From positions 32,001 to 96,000 of IMG/VR virus record IMGVR_UViG_3300022602_000039: 64,000 bases of DNA, one strand, 5' to 3'. The first letter of the stretch is position 1. Every line of letters begins with the position of its first letter. The position numbers and the translations under genes were made by a program. Positions 10,706 to 18,154 of the stretch are shown piece by piece. Origin of the DNA: a virus. Under the pieces are notes generated by a model. It made no database searches and had not been told where the DNA came from. It saw only the letters and a list, made by a program, of their open reading frames with translations.

Positions 10706-11178
10706 GTTATTTTTTTAATGTATGATTTCTTAGCTGCTGTCGGGCAACCGTCTTTATATTTATATCTGTTTTTTCTGTATGTATCAGTTTGACTGTGACA
10801 GTTAGGACATAAAAGACGTATATTTTCTCTTCTGTTATCCAACCTATCACCGTTAATATGATCTAATTCTATAGTAATTTCTTTTCCCTGCCAGCTTTTT
10901 ATACCGCATAAAGAGCATTTATTTTCTCTCTCTCTAAAAACCCATTTGCGCAACGTTGTGCTTGGAATAAATTTTTTTGTAGTAAACACATCTGCTTCTG
11001 TTTTATAAGATTTGGGCTTTACTCTACCTTTTCCAGCAGGATTAGGATCAAATAAATCATACTCTTCAGCTTTAGTTTTAAAGACACTATAACTGCACTT
11101 AAGATATCTTGCAGCTGCCTGCATTGATAGTGTTGCAGCTATGGCACCCTTTATTTGTTCGTATGAAAAGTTTCTCAT
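10696..11178 (-). CDS. HNH homing endonuclease
   Basis: CSLCG...IELDHINGDRLDNRRENIRLLCPNCHSQT; stop codon lies inside the tRNA-Leu 5' end. Confidence 0.9.
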   Translation of the reverse strand: MRNFSYEQIKGAIAATLSMQAAARYLKCSYSVFKTKAEEYDLFDPNPAGKGRVKPKSYKTEADVFTTKKFIPSTTLRKWVFRERENKCSLCGIKSWQGKEITIELDHINGDRLDNRRENIRLLCPNCHSQTDTYRKNRYKYKDGCPTAAKKSYIKKITPR

Positions 11179-11188
11179 ACGGTTATTT

Positions 11189-11227
11189 ATGTTAGACGTA
11201 TTAATTATATTGTAATACGTCTAACAT
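11189..11227. promoter_or_regulatory. 15-bp perfect inverted repeat abutting the late promoter of the HNH gene
   Basis: ATGTTAGACGTATTA-9 nt-TAATACGTCTAACAT. Confidence 0.7.
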
Positions 11228-11232
11228 TTAAA

Positions 11233-11517
11233 TTATTTACCTCGGATTACAATAATTTGAGGTTGTTGTGGTGGTACAACAATGGGGGCTGCGTAATAGG
11301 TCGGATAATAACCACCGTAGCAAGGATAATACCCACCGTAATAAGGATAATATCCACCATAGTAACCACCCCATCCGCCTACAAATCCGCCTCCCCAGCA
11401 TCCTCCTCGATAATACCCACCGCCATAGTACCCACCACCGCAGTAGTAGGCTTTGGCTGGCATCAAGCTACAGAGAAAGAGTGTAACAAGAGCAATAGCG
11501 AGTGTTTTGAGTTTCAT
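11233..11517 (-). CDS. secreted Gly/Tyr-rich low-complexity protein
   Basis: Signal peptide MKLKTLAIALVTLFLCSLMPAKA followed by GGYY repeats. Confidence 0.7.
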   Translation of the reverse strand: MKLKTLAIALVTLFLCSLMPAKAYYCGGGYYGGGYYRGGCWGGGFVGGWGGYYGGYYPYYGGYYPCYGGYYPTYYAAPIVVPPQQPQIIVIRGK

Positions 11518-11558
11518 ATGAGTATTATGGCTATATTTAGTTGTATATGCAAGCAAAA

Positions 11559-11640
11559 TGGTGAGGACGGTTGGGATCGAACCAACATACTCCAGTTACA
11601 CATTTAACGACCGCTTAGAAGGCGGGTGTGATACGTCCCC
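11559..11640 (-). tRNA. non-canonical tRNA-Arg(TCT) lacking a D-arm, with a long variable region
   Basis: GGGGACG/CGTCCTC ACCA; only TATCACA precedes the anticodon arm CCCGC CT TCT AA GCGGT; 23-nt V region; GTTGG TTCGATC CCAAC. Confidence 0.8.
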
Positions 11641-11646
11641 GTAAGT

Positions 11647-11853
11647 TTAATATTTAAACAAATCTAGAATACCTTTTTGTTTATCTAATTCCGTAATAAA
11701 ACCTTCGTCTTCAAGATATTTTTTAATACTATCCCAAGCTCGTTCTTCAAGAAAACCTCGTGTCTGAACTGCAACCTGAGTACCGTTAACTTCACAATTA
11801 AACTCCATACCACTATAAACAATAGTAAAAGAATATTGATTATGTTTTTTCAT
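11647..11853 (-). CDS. hypothetical protein (YLxxEGF motif)
   Basis: Shares its C-terminal motif with 17665-17877. Confidence 0.6.
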   Translation of the reverse strand: MKKHNQYSFTIVYSGMEFNCEVNGTQVAVQTRGFLEERAWDSIKKYLEDEGFITELDKQKGILDLFKY

Positions 11854-12033
11854 TGACGATGAAGCTCAGCAGTTGGTAGAGGCCTATATGTACGAATGAA
11901 ATTCCTGATAGGAGTACTAAAAATAAGACATGTTGATACTACGATGAGTATAGCTAGAGAACAGCTAAAGACAAGCTTCATCTTTAGTGTTTGTTTTAAT
12001 TCTGGTTGTTGTTTAAGTTGCATATATAAAAAA

Positions 12034-12056
12034 TGGTACCTGTGGTCGGATTCGAA
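12034..12056 (-). pseudogene. tRNA 3'-end remnant (Leu-like)
   Basis: TTCGAAT CCGAC CACAGGT A CCA with no upstream tRNA body. Confidence 0.8.
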
Positions 12057-12085
12057 AATAAAGATTCAAAAGCATAAATATTATT

Positions 12086-12799
12086 ATGCCTTGTTTATTT
12101 CCTATTAATATAGCTCAATCTGTTAAGAAGTGCGACGGAAAAATTATAAAATTTAAATGTGATGGTTGTGGAGAAATATACCTAAAAAGTAAAGTATATT
12201 GGTATCATAATGTCATTAACAAGAAACGCACGGTTTCTTTTTGTACTAAACAATGTGAAATGAAATATAGGTTTGTACGATGTGGTAGTATTAATGGTAA
12301 ATGTAAACAGTGTGAAAAGAATATAGTTGTGAGAAAACGTGATCAAAAGCTACGAAAAAATCACTTCTGCTCTAAAAGTTGCGCCGCTACATACAACAAT
12401 ACACATAAGCAATCAGGTACCCGCCGCTCAAGACTCGAAAAATGGATTGAGGAACAGCTTATTATTCTATATCCGAATATACAATTTAAGTTTAACAAAA
12501 AAGATGATATTGAATCAGAACTCGATATCTATATACCACATTTAAAGTTAGCGTTTGAGCTTAATGGTATATTTCATTACGAACCAATTTTTGGTAAGCA
12601 GTTACTTGAAAAAATGGAAAATAATGATCAACGAAAAATGCAAGCGTGTTTAGAACGAGGTATTGAACTTTGTATTATTAATACATCTCAGCAAACATAT
12701 TTTAAATCACGTACATCGCAAAAATATTTAGATATTATAACTAATATTATTAATAATAAAATGGTGGTCCTACCCGGGGTCGAACCGGGAAGCCTTTAG
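12086..12799 (+). CDS. Zn-finger + PD-(D/E)XK (Vsr/DUF559-like) putative homing endonuclease
   Basis: CxxC repeats, FCSKSCAATYNN, RSRLE...ELDIYIPHLKLAFELNGIFHY; ends antisense inside tRNA-Leu(TAA). Confidence 0.85.
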   Translation: MPCLFPINIAQSVKKCDGKIIKFKCDGCGEIYLKSKVYWYHNVINKKRTVSFCTKQCEMKYRFVRCGSINGKCKQCEKNIVVRKRDQKLRKNHFCSKSCAATYNNTHKQSGTRRSRLEKWIEEQLIILYPNIQFKFNKKDDIESELDIYIPHLKLAFELNGIFHYEPIFGKQLLEKMENNDQRKMQACLERGIELCIINTSQQTYFKSRTSQKYLDIITNIINNKMVVLPGVEPGSL

Positions 12800-13046
12800 G
12801 GCAGCGGATTTTACTTACCACTATAGCTTTCGCTACTCTTTCGATTTGTGGTCTGGACTATGCCTTTACCTTTGTATTGCTACTTTAGGTAGATGATTAT
12901 AGTCTCTACACCTTCTCATTTCTGAGCTTGGCTCGGCGTTGGGAGGTTAAACCGTTCACCGAATTTACATCTTACTAATATAGAATTTCTTCTATACCGA
13001 CCCCTTACTTGTAGTCCGCTGTGTTTGCCAATTTCACCATAGGACC
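12762..13046 (-). tRNA. tRNA-Leu(TAA) split by a group I intron (exons 13046-13013 and 12813-12762)
   Basis: GGTCCTA/TAGGACC ACCA; spliced loop GCGGA CT^TAA AA TCCGC; long V arm. Confidence 0.9.
12814..13012 (-). ncRNA. group I self-splicing intron (IC3-like, 199 nt, no ORF)
   Basis: P AATTCGGTGAA, Q AACGCCGAGC, R GTAGAGACTA, S AAGGCATAGTCC; P1 exon GACU pairs with intron GGUC including the U.G pair; terminal G. Confidence 0.9.
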
Positions 13047-13096
13047 ATATTTTATTAAAGTTTTATTTTTTAAAAATTATTCATACCTCCTCTTTA

Positions 13097-13420
13097 TTAA
13101 TACCATTTTAAGTGCACTGGCTTATTATGGCAATCAAGAAATTCACCCTGTTTAAACTCTATACACTTATAGGTACCCATCTCTTCTAGGAAGAGTTTAT
13201 CCCCAGATGTCATAGGGTTAACATACCGCATTCCATCTTTAGTAATGGGAGCATTATTACAAATATATCCAAGTTCACAAGCTGCTTTAAGAAGAGACTT
13301 ATCCTTACCGGTTCGTGATACTTTCTTCTGAGCGCGTTCAACAATACGATGGGATTTACGAAAGGATTTTTCAAGCTCTTTAGCCTTTACGTCAATGTCT
13401 TTAAGGATATATTGTTTCAT
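13097..13420 (-). CDS. hypothetical protein
   Basis: ORF between tRNA genes. Confidence 0.65.
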   Translation of the reverse strand: MKQYILKDIDVKAKELEKSFRKSHRIVERAQKKVSRTGKDKSLLKAACELGYICNNAPITKDGMRYVNPMTSGDKLFLEEMGTYKCIEFKQGEFLDCHNKPVHLKWY

Positions 13421-13426
13421 TTAAAA

Positions 13427-13503
13427 TGGTGGGCCGGGTCGGAATTGCACCGACAGTCTCTACCGTTATGAGCAGTGTGTTTTAACTATTAAACTACCAG
13501 CCC
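13427..13503 (-). tRNA. tRNA-Ile2(CAT), lysidine-type
   Basis: GGGCTGG/CCGGCCC ACCA; CACTG CT CAT AA CGGTA; TGCAATT T-loop; Ile2 rather than Met is inferred from the acceptor stem. Confidence 0.8.
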
Positions 13504-13541
13504 CAGATTGATTTATAGTTCGAATGTGATTAAATAATAAT

Positions 13542-14033
13542 ATGAATTGTTTAAAATGCAATAAAGAACTTACAAGTAGATGGTCTAAGCGCTTTTGTAA
13601 TAAAAGTTGCGCGGCTAGCTATAATGGTAGAGTACATCCTAAGCGTAGTAAAGAGAGATTGAAATGGCCTAAGTGTAGAGAGTGTAGTAATACTGTTGTT
13701 GCAAAATATTACAAATATTGTAGGGAGTGTATTGAAAAGCGAAAACATTATCACGGTACACCTGCTGACGAGCAAACAATCGCACTTGCTTCCAGAAGAG
13801 GCGGTGCTAATCGATATGATATAATCAGAGCTCATGCACGTAGGATTTATAAAAAAGAATTAGAAGGTAGTTGTGAGAAGTGTAATTATAATAAACATGT
13901 TGAGCTTTGCCACATTAAGCCTATTTCCTCATTTGATAAAAATATAACAATAGCAGAAGTTAATAAGAGAGAAAATATTTTATTCTTATGTCCAAATTGT
14001 CATTGGGAATTTGATCATATATTACCGGAATAG
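13542..14033 (+). CDS. Zn-finger HNH endonuclease
   Basis: FCNKSCAASYN N-terminus; CEKC...VELCHIKPI...N..ENILFLCPNCHWEFD. Confidence 0.9.
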   Translation: MNCLKCNKELTSRWSKRFCNKSCAASYNGRVHPKRSKERLKWPKCRECSNTVVAKYYKYCRECIEKRKHYHGTPADEQTIALASRRGGANRYDIIRAHARRIYKKELEGSCEKCNYNKHVELCHIKPISSFDKNITIAEVNKRENILFLCPNCHWEFDHILPE

Positions 14034-14147
14034 ATAATACAACTCAAGCAAAAAAAGAAGTACACCCAATCCTATTGTACTCCATACAGTAACAGGGTGT
14101 TCCCAGATGTTCTGAATAAAGATACGAATAGGATTGAGCTTAATCAT
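14022..14147 (-). CDS. small membrane protein (41 aa)
   Basis: MIKLNPIRIFIQNIWEHPVTVWSTIGLGVLLFLLELYYLFR*, AAGGAG upstream; below the ORF-track cutoff. Confidence 0.5.
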   Translation of the reverse strand: MIKLNPIRIFIQNIWEHPVTVWSTIGLGVLLFLLELYYLFR

Positions 14148-14308
14148 TACTCCTTATCCTCGTCGAGGATTTCCTTAATCTCCTCGTTAAGACGCTTAAT
14201 CTCATCACCGAAAGCTTTAGCTGAAGCCTTCTTACGATGTTTTGTATCTTCGAGTTCTTGGACGAGTTGATAGACTCGCTGTTCTTTACTTGGTTTTGGT
14301 TCTGTCAT
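14147..14308 (-). CDS. small coiled-coil protein (53 aa)
   Basis: MTEPKPSKEQRVYQLVQELEDTKHRKK...EDKE*; coupled to the next gene by TAATG. Confidence 0.55.
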   Translation of the reverse strand: MTEPKPSKEQRVYQLVQELEDTKHRKKASAKAFGDEIKRLNEEIKEILDEDKE

Positions 14309-14313
14309 AAAGT

Positions 14314-14580
14314 CTAGCCCCCAGCAATCGCCGGTACAATAGAGATGATATCATTCTCTTGAATATCGTTTGTAGATAGAAATCTCATATCTTCATCGTT
14401 TACAAATATATTAATAAATCTACGAATCTCACCATTCTCATCATAGAGTCTTTCCTTGATATCGGGGTAGGAAAGACAGAGAAGCTGTAAACACTCATCT
14501 AGTGTCTTACCAAACGTTTTGATCTCTTCGCTTCCTCCAACGAGTTTTCTTAACGGTACTGGAATTCTAATTGTTGCCAT
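14314..14580 (-). CDS. MoaD/ThiS-family ubiquitin-like protein
   Basis: Beta-grasp signature IRIPVPLR...RRFINIFVNDEDMRFL...ISIVPAIAGG with C-terminal GG. Confidence 0.92.
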   Translation of the reverse strand: MATIRIPVPLRKLVGGSEEIKTFGKTLDECLQLLCLSYPDIKERLYDENGEIRRFINIFVNDEDMRFLSTNDIQENDIISIVPAIAGG

Positions 14581-14595
14581 AAATTTATTTAAAGT

Positions 14596-14619
14596 TGGAA
14601 GTGGGTGCGGGAATCGAAC
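14596..14619 (-). pseudogene. tRNA 3'-end remnant
   Basis: GTTCGATT CCCGC ACCCACT T CCA with no tRNA body. Confidence 0.8.
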
Positions 14620-14652
14620 TTGTATCTATCCGGCTGTTCAATAAATAATAAT

Positions 14653-15357
14653 ATGAAATGCACAAATTGCAACAATGAACTTATACACCGTGATCAAAAA
14701 AAATTTTGTTGTCGGTCATGCGCGGCTTCTTATAACAATAAGATCAAGGGACCTAGGTCAATCACTACAAGGGAAAAAACGAGTAAGACATTAAAAGATC
14801 GTGCCGATAAATTAGGTAGAAAACACCCTAAGAATGGATCAATGTTTGTAAGAGTATGTCGTATATGTAAAACAGAATTTTTGCATGTGAAATATAGCAA
14901 GAATTTATGCAGCTATAAATGTCAGGTTGAACTGAAAAGATTTTTTAATAAGCAGGTTCAAGCTCAAGGTAGAGGTATATGGGCAAAACGTAGTCGAAGC
15001 AAGGGCGAAAAATTACTCGCTGAAAAATTAGCTAAAATTGGAGCTAACGTTATAACAAACAAGCACATGTTTAGTGGCTACGATGCAGATATAATTTTAC
15101 CGGATTATAAGTTAGCCATACATTGGAACGGTGCTTGGCACTGGAAGCCCTTAAGAGGTGAGCAGTTACTCAAAAAGATAAAAGCACGGGATGAAGAACG
15201 ATATAAAGCTGTTGAACAGGCAGGGTATATAAACCTTATAATTATAGACCATAAATTCACCACAGCGGAGCAAGCTGCCGATATACACTTTCGAAAGCTG
15301 GTGCGCTTGCTCGGACTTGAACCGAGACCAGGGGATTATCTATCCGAACAGGTATAA
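14653..15357 (+). CDS. Zn-finger + PD-(D/E)XK putative homing endonuclease
   Basis: KFCCRSCAASYNN, RSKGE...YDADIILPDYKLAIHWNGAWHW; likely ATG at 14653 after ATAAATA; ends antisense in tRNA-Ile(TAT). Confidence 0.85.
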   Translation: MKCTNCNNELIHRDQKKFCCRSCAASYNNKIKGPRSITTREKTSKTLKDRADKLGRKHPKNGSMFVRVCRICKTEFLHVKYSKNLCSYKCQVELKRFFNKQVQAQGRGIWAKRSRSKGEKLLAEKLAKIGANVITNKHMFSGYDADIILPDYKLAIHWNGAWHWKPLRGEQLLKKIKARDEERYKAVEQAGYINLIIIDHKFTTAEQAADIHFRKLVRLLGLEPRPGDYLSEQV

Positions 15358-15388
15358 GCTGTCCTGCTCTACATTAAGCTACAAGCGC
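15299..15388 (-). tRNA. tRNA-Ile(TAT) with long variable arm
   Basis: GCGCTTG/CAAGCGC ACCA; GGACAG CT TAT AC CTGTTC; GGAT-AGATA-ATCC hairpin in the V region; CTCGG TTCAAGT CCGAG. Confidence 0.8.
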
Positions 15389-15428
15389 AAAAAAATTACA
15401 TTAACCCACCATTTCCATCTATTATAGA

Positions 15429-15908
15429 TTATCGCTCTAAGTGGGCAAGCTGTTTCCTTAGCTCTTTATTCTCTTTCTTGAGCTTTTCAATTTCAGATGC
15501 TTCATTAAGTCGGGCCTGATACCAACCAATACGCTTCTGTTTAACATACTCAATAATATCTCTAATTTCTTGATAATCATTAGGTACAAAGATCTCAGTT
15601 ACACCTTTAATCTTTTGATCAAGCCAGAGATTCTTCGGATACATTCTCTTAAGCTCTTCTTCAGCTTCTAGTACCTCTCTAGTTGGACCGTAAGCTGTTG
15701 TCATAATCTTTATATCCCAGAGATTGTACTCCTCATTTAGAAAGCGATGGGCAGCATCATACTTCCCTGTAACCCCTATTTTATAAAAACTCTTTACATC
15801 TTCTGTCTTCGATGTAAAACGTGCGAGATAGAGTTTAATATTTTTATATCTAAGGAGCTGTTCTTGAAACATACCCCATATTATGCTATCACTCGTCTGC
15901 AGAGTCAA
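15429..15908 (-). CDS. GIY-YIG-like (T5orf172-type) protein
   Basis: LYLARF...FYKIGVT...E.E...GVTEIF pattern. Confidence 0.55.
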   Translation of the reverse strand: MTLQTSDSIIWGMFQEQLLRYKNIKLYLARFTSKTEDVKSFYKIGVTGKYDAAHRFLNEEYNLWDIKIMTTAYGPTREVLEAEEELKRMYPKNLWLDQKIKGVTEIFVPNDYQEIRDIIEYVKQKRIGWYQARLNEASEIEKLKKENKELRKQLAHLER

Positions 15909-16131
15909 GCAATTTCTTTAACTCTTTCATTTCATAATCATGGCGTGCTTTAAGTTCATCACACTCACGATTAAACTCTTTTAATTTCTTCTTGTTAGGT
16001 TTCGTTAAATTTATATCACAACCACTTTCAAAAATATAATCATTTATCTTCTCAGATAATTCATCCATCTTATCCTGAATCCAATCAAGATTATTATAGA
16101 TAGCAATTATCTTTTGAATAGTTTCAATCAT
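15889..16131 (-). CDS. hypothetical protein
   Basis: Coiled-coil ORF coupled to its neighbours. Confidence 0.6.
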   Translation of the reverse strand: MIETIQKIIAIYNNLDWIQDKMDELSEKINDYIFESGCDINLTKPNKKKLKEFNRECDELKARHDYEMKELKKLLDSADE

Positions 16132-16898
16132 CTGTTCTCGTAATCTTTAAGATTAGTATATAGCCAATTTAGCTTATTAATGAAACGTTGATATTCTTTC
16201 TTTACCTTAGGGTTGTCCTTATTATCGTATAGATACTCTACAAATTCATGCTTACCGATCTTCTGAATTAAATCCCCTAAATGATTATCTGGTACGTCAC
16301 CACCACGAATAAATTCTTCTAATTCCTTTAGAATTTCTTTTCTCTCTTCTGGAGTTTCTGCTGCTGTATACTGATCTTCAATTACCTGAATAATATTGGT
16401 AACGTAATTATGAACCTCAACAGGATCAGTATAATAATCTAATTTACTTCTTTCGTAATGCTTACCAACGTTTTTATAAGGCTGTTTAGCATGATTTATT
16501 TCATGAACGAGTGCATCCTTAATAACAGCTCTATCATACTTTAGCTTGTAGTAATGAAGGATAATATACTCTTCATTAGTATCAGCATCATAGATATATG
16601 TACCTTTATCTAAAGATTTCTTATCAAATCCAACGTAAACAGGAATCTTCTTATCTACCTTATCCTCATCGTCGTAGAATTCAGCAATGCCTACTGTTAC
16701 AAATCCCTTGTCGTTAATAAACTTCTTATAAACTCTCTCAGGGCCTAGGCTAATAATCTTTGCTACTGGCATCTTTAATCTCTTTGGATCAAAGAGATTC
16801 ATATAAAAATCTACTATCTTGTTTACACTCTGTTGTTCAACTCCAGATAACCTATAAACACGCTCTAATACAAATTGTTTAAACGATAGCATTAACAA
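16128..16898 (-). CDS. zincin-like (HEXXH) protein, putative internal head protein
   Basis: LVHEINHAKQ...YYTDPVE; N-terminus MLSFKQFVLE. Confidence 0.65.
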   Translation of the reverse strand: MLMLSFKQFVLERVYRLSGVEQQSVNKIVDFYMNLFDPKRLKMPVAKIISLGPERVYKKFINDKGFVTVGIAEFYDDEDKVDKKIPVYVGFDKKSLDKGTYIYDADTNEEYIILHYYKLKYDRAVIKDALVHEINHAKQPYKNVGKHYERSKLDYYTDPVEVHNYVTNIIQVIEDQYTAAETPEERKEILKELEEFIRGGDVPDNHLGDLIQKIGKHEFVEYLYDNKDNPKVKKEYQRFINKLNWLYTNLKDYENR

Positions 16899-16901
16899 TA
16901 C

Positions 16902-17084
16902 TTATCGACTAAACTTTATCTTTTTATGCATAGCTTTCTCTTTGCGCTTTTTCTTTTGAGTAGGAGTCTCAAAATATCTCTTAGCGCGTACAGTTTCTAG
17001 AACAGCATCTACATCCATTTTGTTCTTTAAACGCTTAAGTGTGCGATCGATATCTTCTCCCTTTCTTGGTACTACTGAATGCAT
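16902..17084 (-). CDS. rpsU: 30S ribosomal protein bS21
   Basis: RKGEDIDRTLKRLK...RAKRYFETPTQKKKRK, the bS21 signature. Confidence 0.9.
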   Translation of the reverse strand: MHSVVPRKGEDIDRTLKRLKNKMDVDAVLETVRAKRYFETPTQKKKRKEKAMHKKIKFSR

Positions 17085-17116
17085 AAATTATTGAAATTAT
17101 TTATAAATAGTTATGT

Positions 17117-17404
17117 ATGAATTTTAAGAAATATCCAATAAATCGCTTTGCATCAGCAAGTATCAAATTATTTCTTTATATATCAATAGCGTCACTATCA
17201 TCGTTATTATCAGACTTTTCTCACTATTCTGATGATGTGCATGTTCATGATATTAATGATATGCGTTGGATCACAATCGCTATCAATGCTATTGTTCAGG
17301 GGTTAATTGCATGGAGAGCCTTCATCGATGGTTCTGTTGAACGTATTCATGAAAAGGAAAGAGAAGAGGAAGCTCTTGAACATACAGATACACACTTGCA
17401 TTAA
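17117..17404 (+). CDS. small two-TM membrane protein
   Basis: Two hydrophobic segments; TATAAATA upstream. Confidence 0.6.
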   Translation: MNFKKYPINRFASASIKLFLYISIASLSSLLSDFSHYSDDVHVHDINDMRWITIAINAIVQGLIAWRAFIDGSVERIHEKEREEEALEHTDTHLH

Positions 17405-17428
17405 TAATCTACAACCATAAATCTTTTT

Positions 17429-17617
17429 ATGTCAGACTCAATTACTACATTCAAGACAATTACTGAAACATTTGTAACCGAAGCTACTAAGTTCTATGGT
17501 GGCAATAACGCCGCAGGAACACGCGCACGTAAGGCTCTTCAAGAGCTTATTAAGTTTGCACGAGCCGAGCGTAAAGCAATCCAGGAAGCCAAAGTTGCTC
17601 GTAAAGAAGCTAAGTAA
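17429..17617 (+). CDS. histone H1-like (Hc1-family) DNA-binding protein
   Basis: KFYGGNNAAGTRARKALQELIKFARAERKAIQE. Confidence 0.8.
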   Translation: MSDSITTFKTITETFVTEATKFYGGNNAAGTRARKALQELIKFARAERKAIQEAKVARKEAK

Positions 17618-17639
17618 AACAACTTCAATATATAAATTA

Positions 17640-17666
17640 AAACCCGGTCTTAAGACCGGGTTTTTT
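17640..17666. terminator. bidirectional intrinsic terminator
   Basis: AAAACCCGGTCT-TA-AGACCGGGTTTTTT between convergent genes. Confidence 0.85.
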
Positions 17667-17877
17667 ATTGTTCAGAATTAAAATCTAGAATTTCACCATC
17701 TGCAGGATCTCTTACAAATCCTTCTTTAACAAGATATTCAATAACTGTTAACAATTCATTATCAGGTATTTCTCTATCCTCATCTACACATTCTACAAAA
17801 ACCTCTACTTCACCATCCTCTTCTAGTACATCAATTTTGTACTCGATATTCTTAAGAGCTATTTCGAAGGTTTTCAT
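17665..17877 (-). CDS. hypothetical protein (YLxxEGF motif)
   Basis: Acidic ORF sharing a motif with 11647-11853. Confidence 0.6.
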   Translation of the reverse strand: MKTFEIALKNIEYKIDVLEEDGEVEVFVECVDEDREIPDNELLTVIEYLVKEGFVRDPADGEILDFNSEQ

Positions 17878-17911
17878 TACAGTAATAGCTCTGCTATATT
17901 AATATTTAATG

Positions 17912-18121
17912 CTATACACCAAGCATCTTAAGTGCCTTTGGAGCTGTTACCATATTAAGAAAAAATTCTTTACCGTCCTTTGCATAAAGGACACCATAAG
18001 CTGTTGAATTACTTAGCTCTTGTTTTTGTACAGACTTTATACGTATCCAGCCTTGGAGGATAAATTCCTCTTGAGCTTGGGCGAGTATACGGAGATCGTG
18101 CTTTAATTCATCGAAATTCAT
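17912..18121 (-). CDS. hypothetical protein
   Basis: ORF. Confidence 0.6.
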   Translation of the reverse strand: MNFDELKHDLRILAQAQEEFILQGWIRIKSVQKQELSNSTAYGVLYAKDGKEFFLNMVTAPKALKMLGV

Positions 18122-18154
18122 GGTGTTATACTTTATTGGTAAATGTTATTAAAT

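Noticed and set aside
12034-12800. Prophage or integrative-element attL/attR at tRNA 3' ends
   Set aside because: The remnants differ in sequence from the adjacent intact tRNAs, and there is no integrase in the window
14068-14137. AATCCTATT/AATAGGATT inverted repeat as an ncRNA
   Set aside because: It lies within a plausible 41-aa membrane ORF that has an SD
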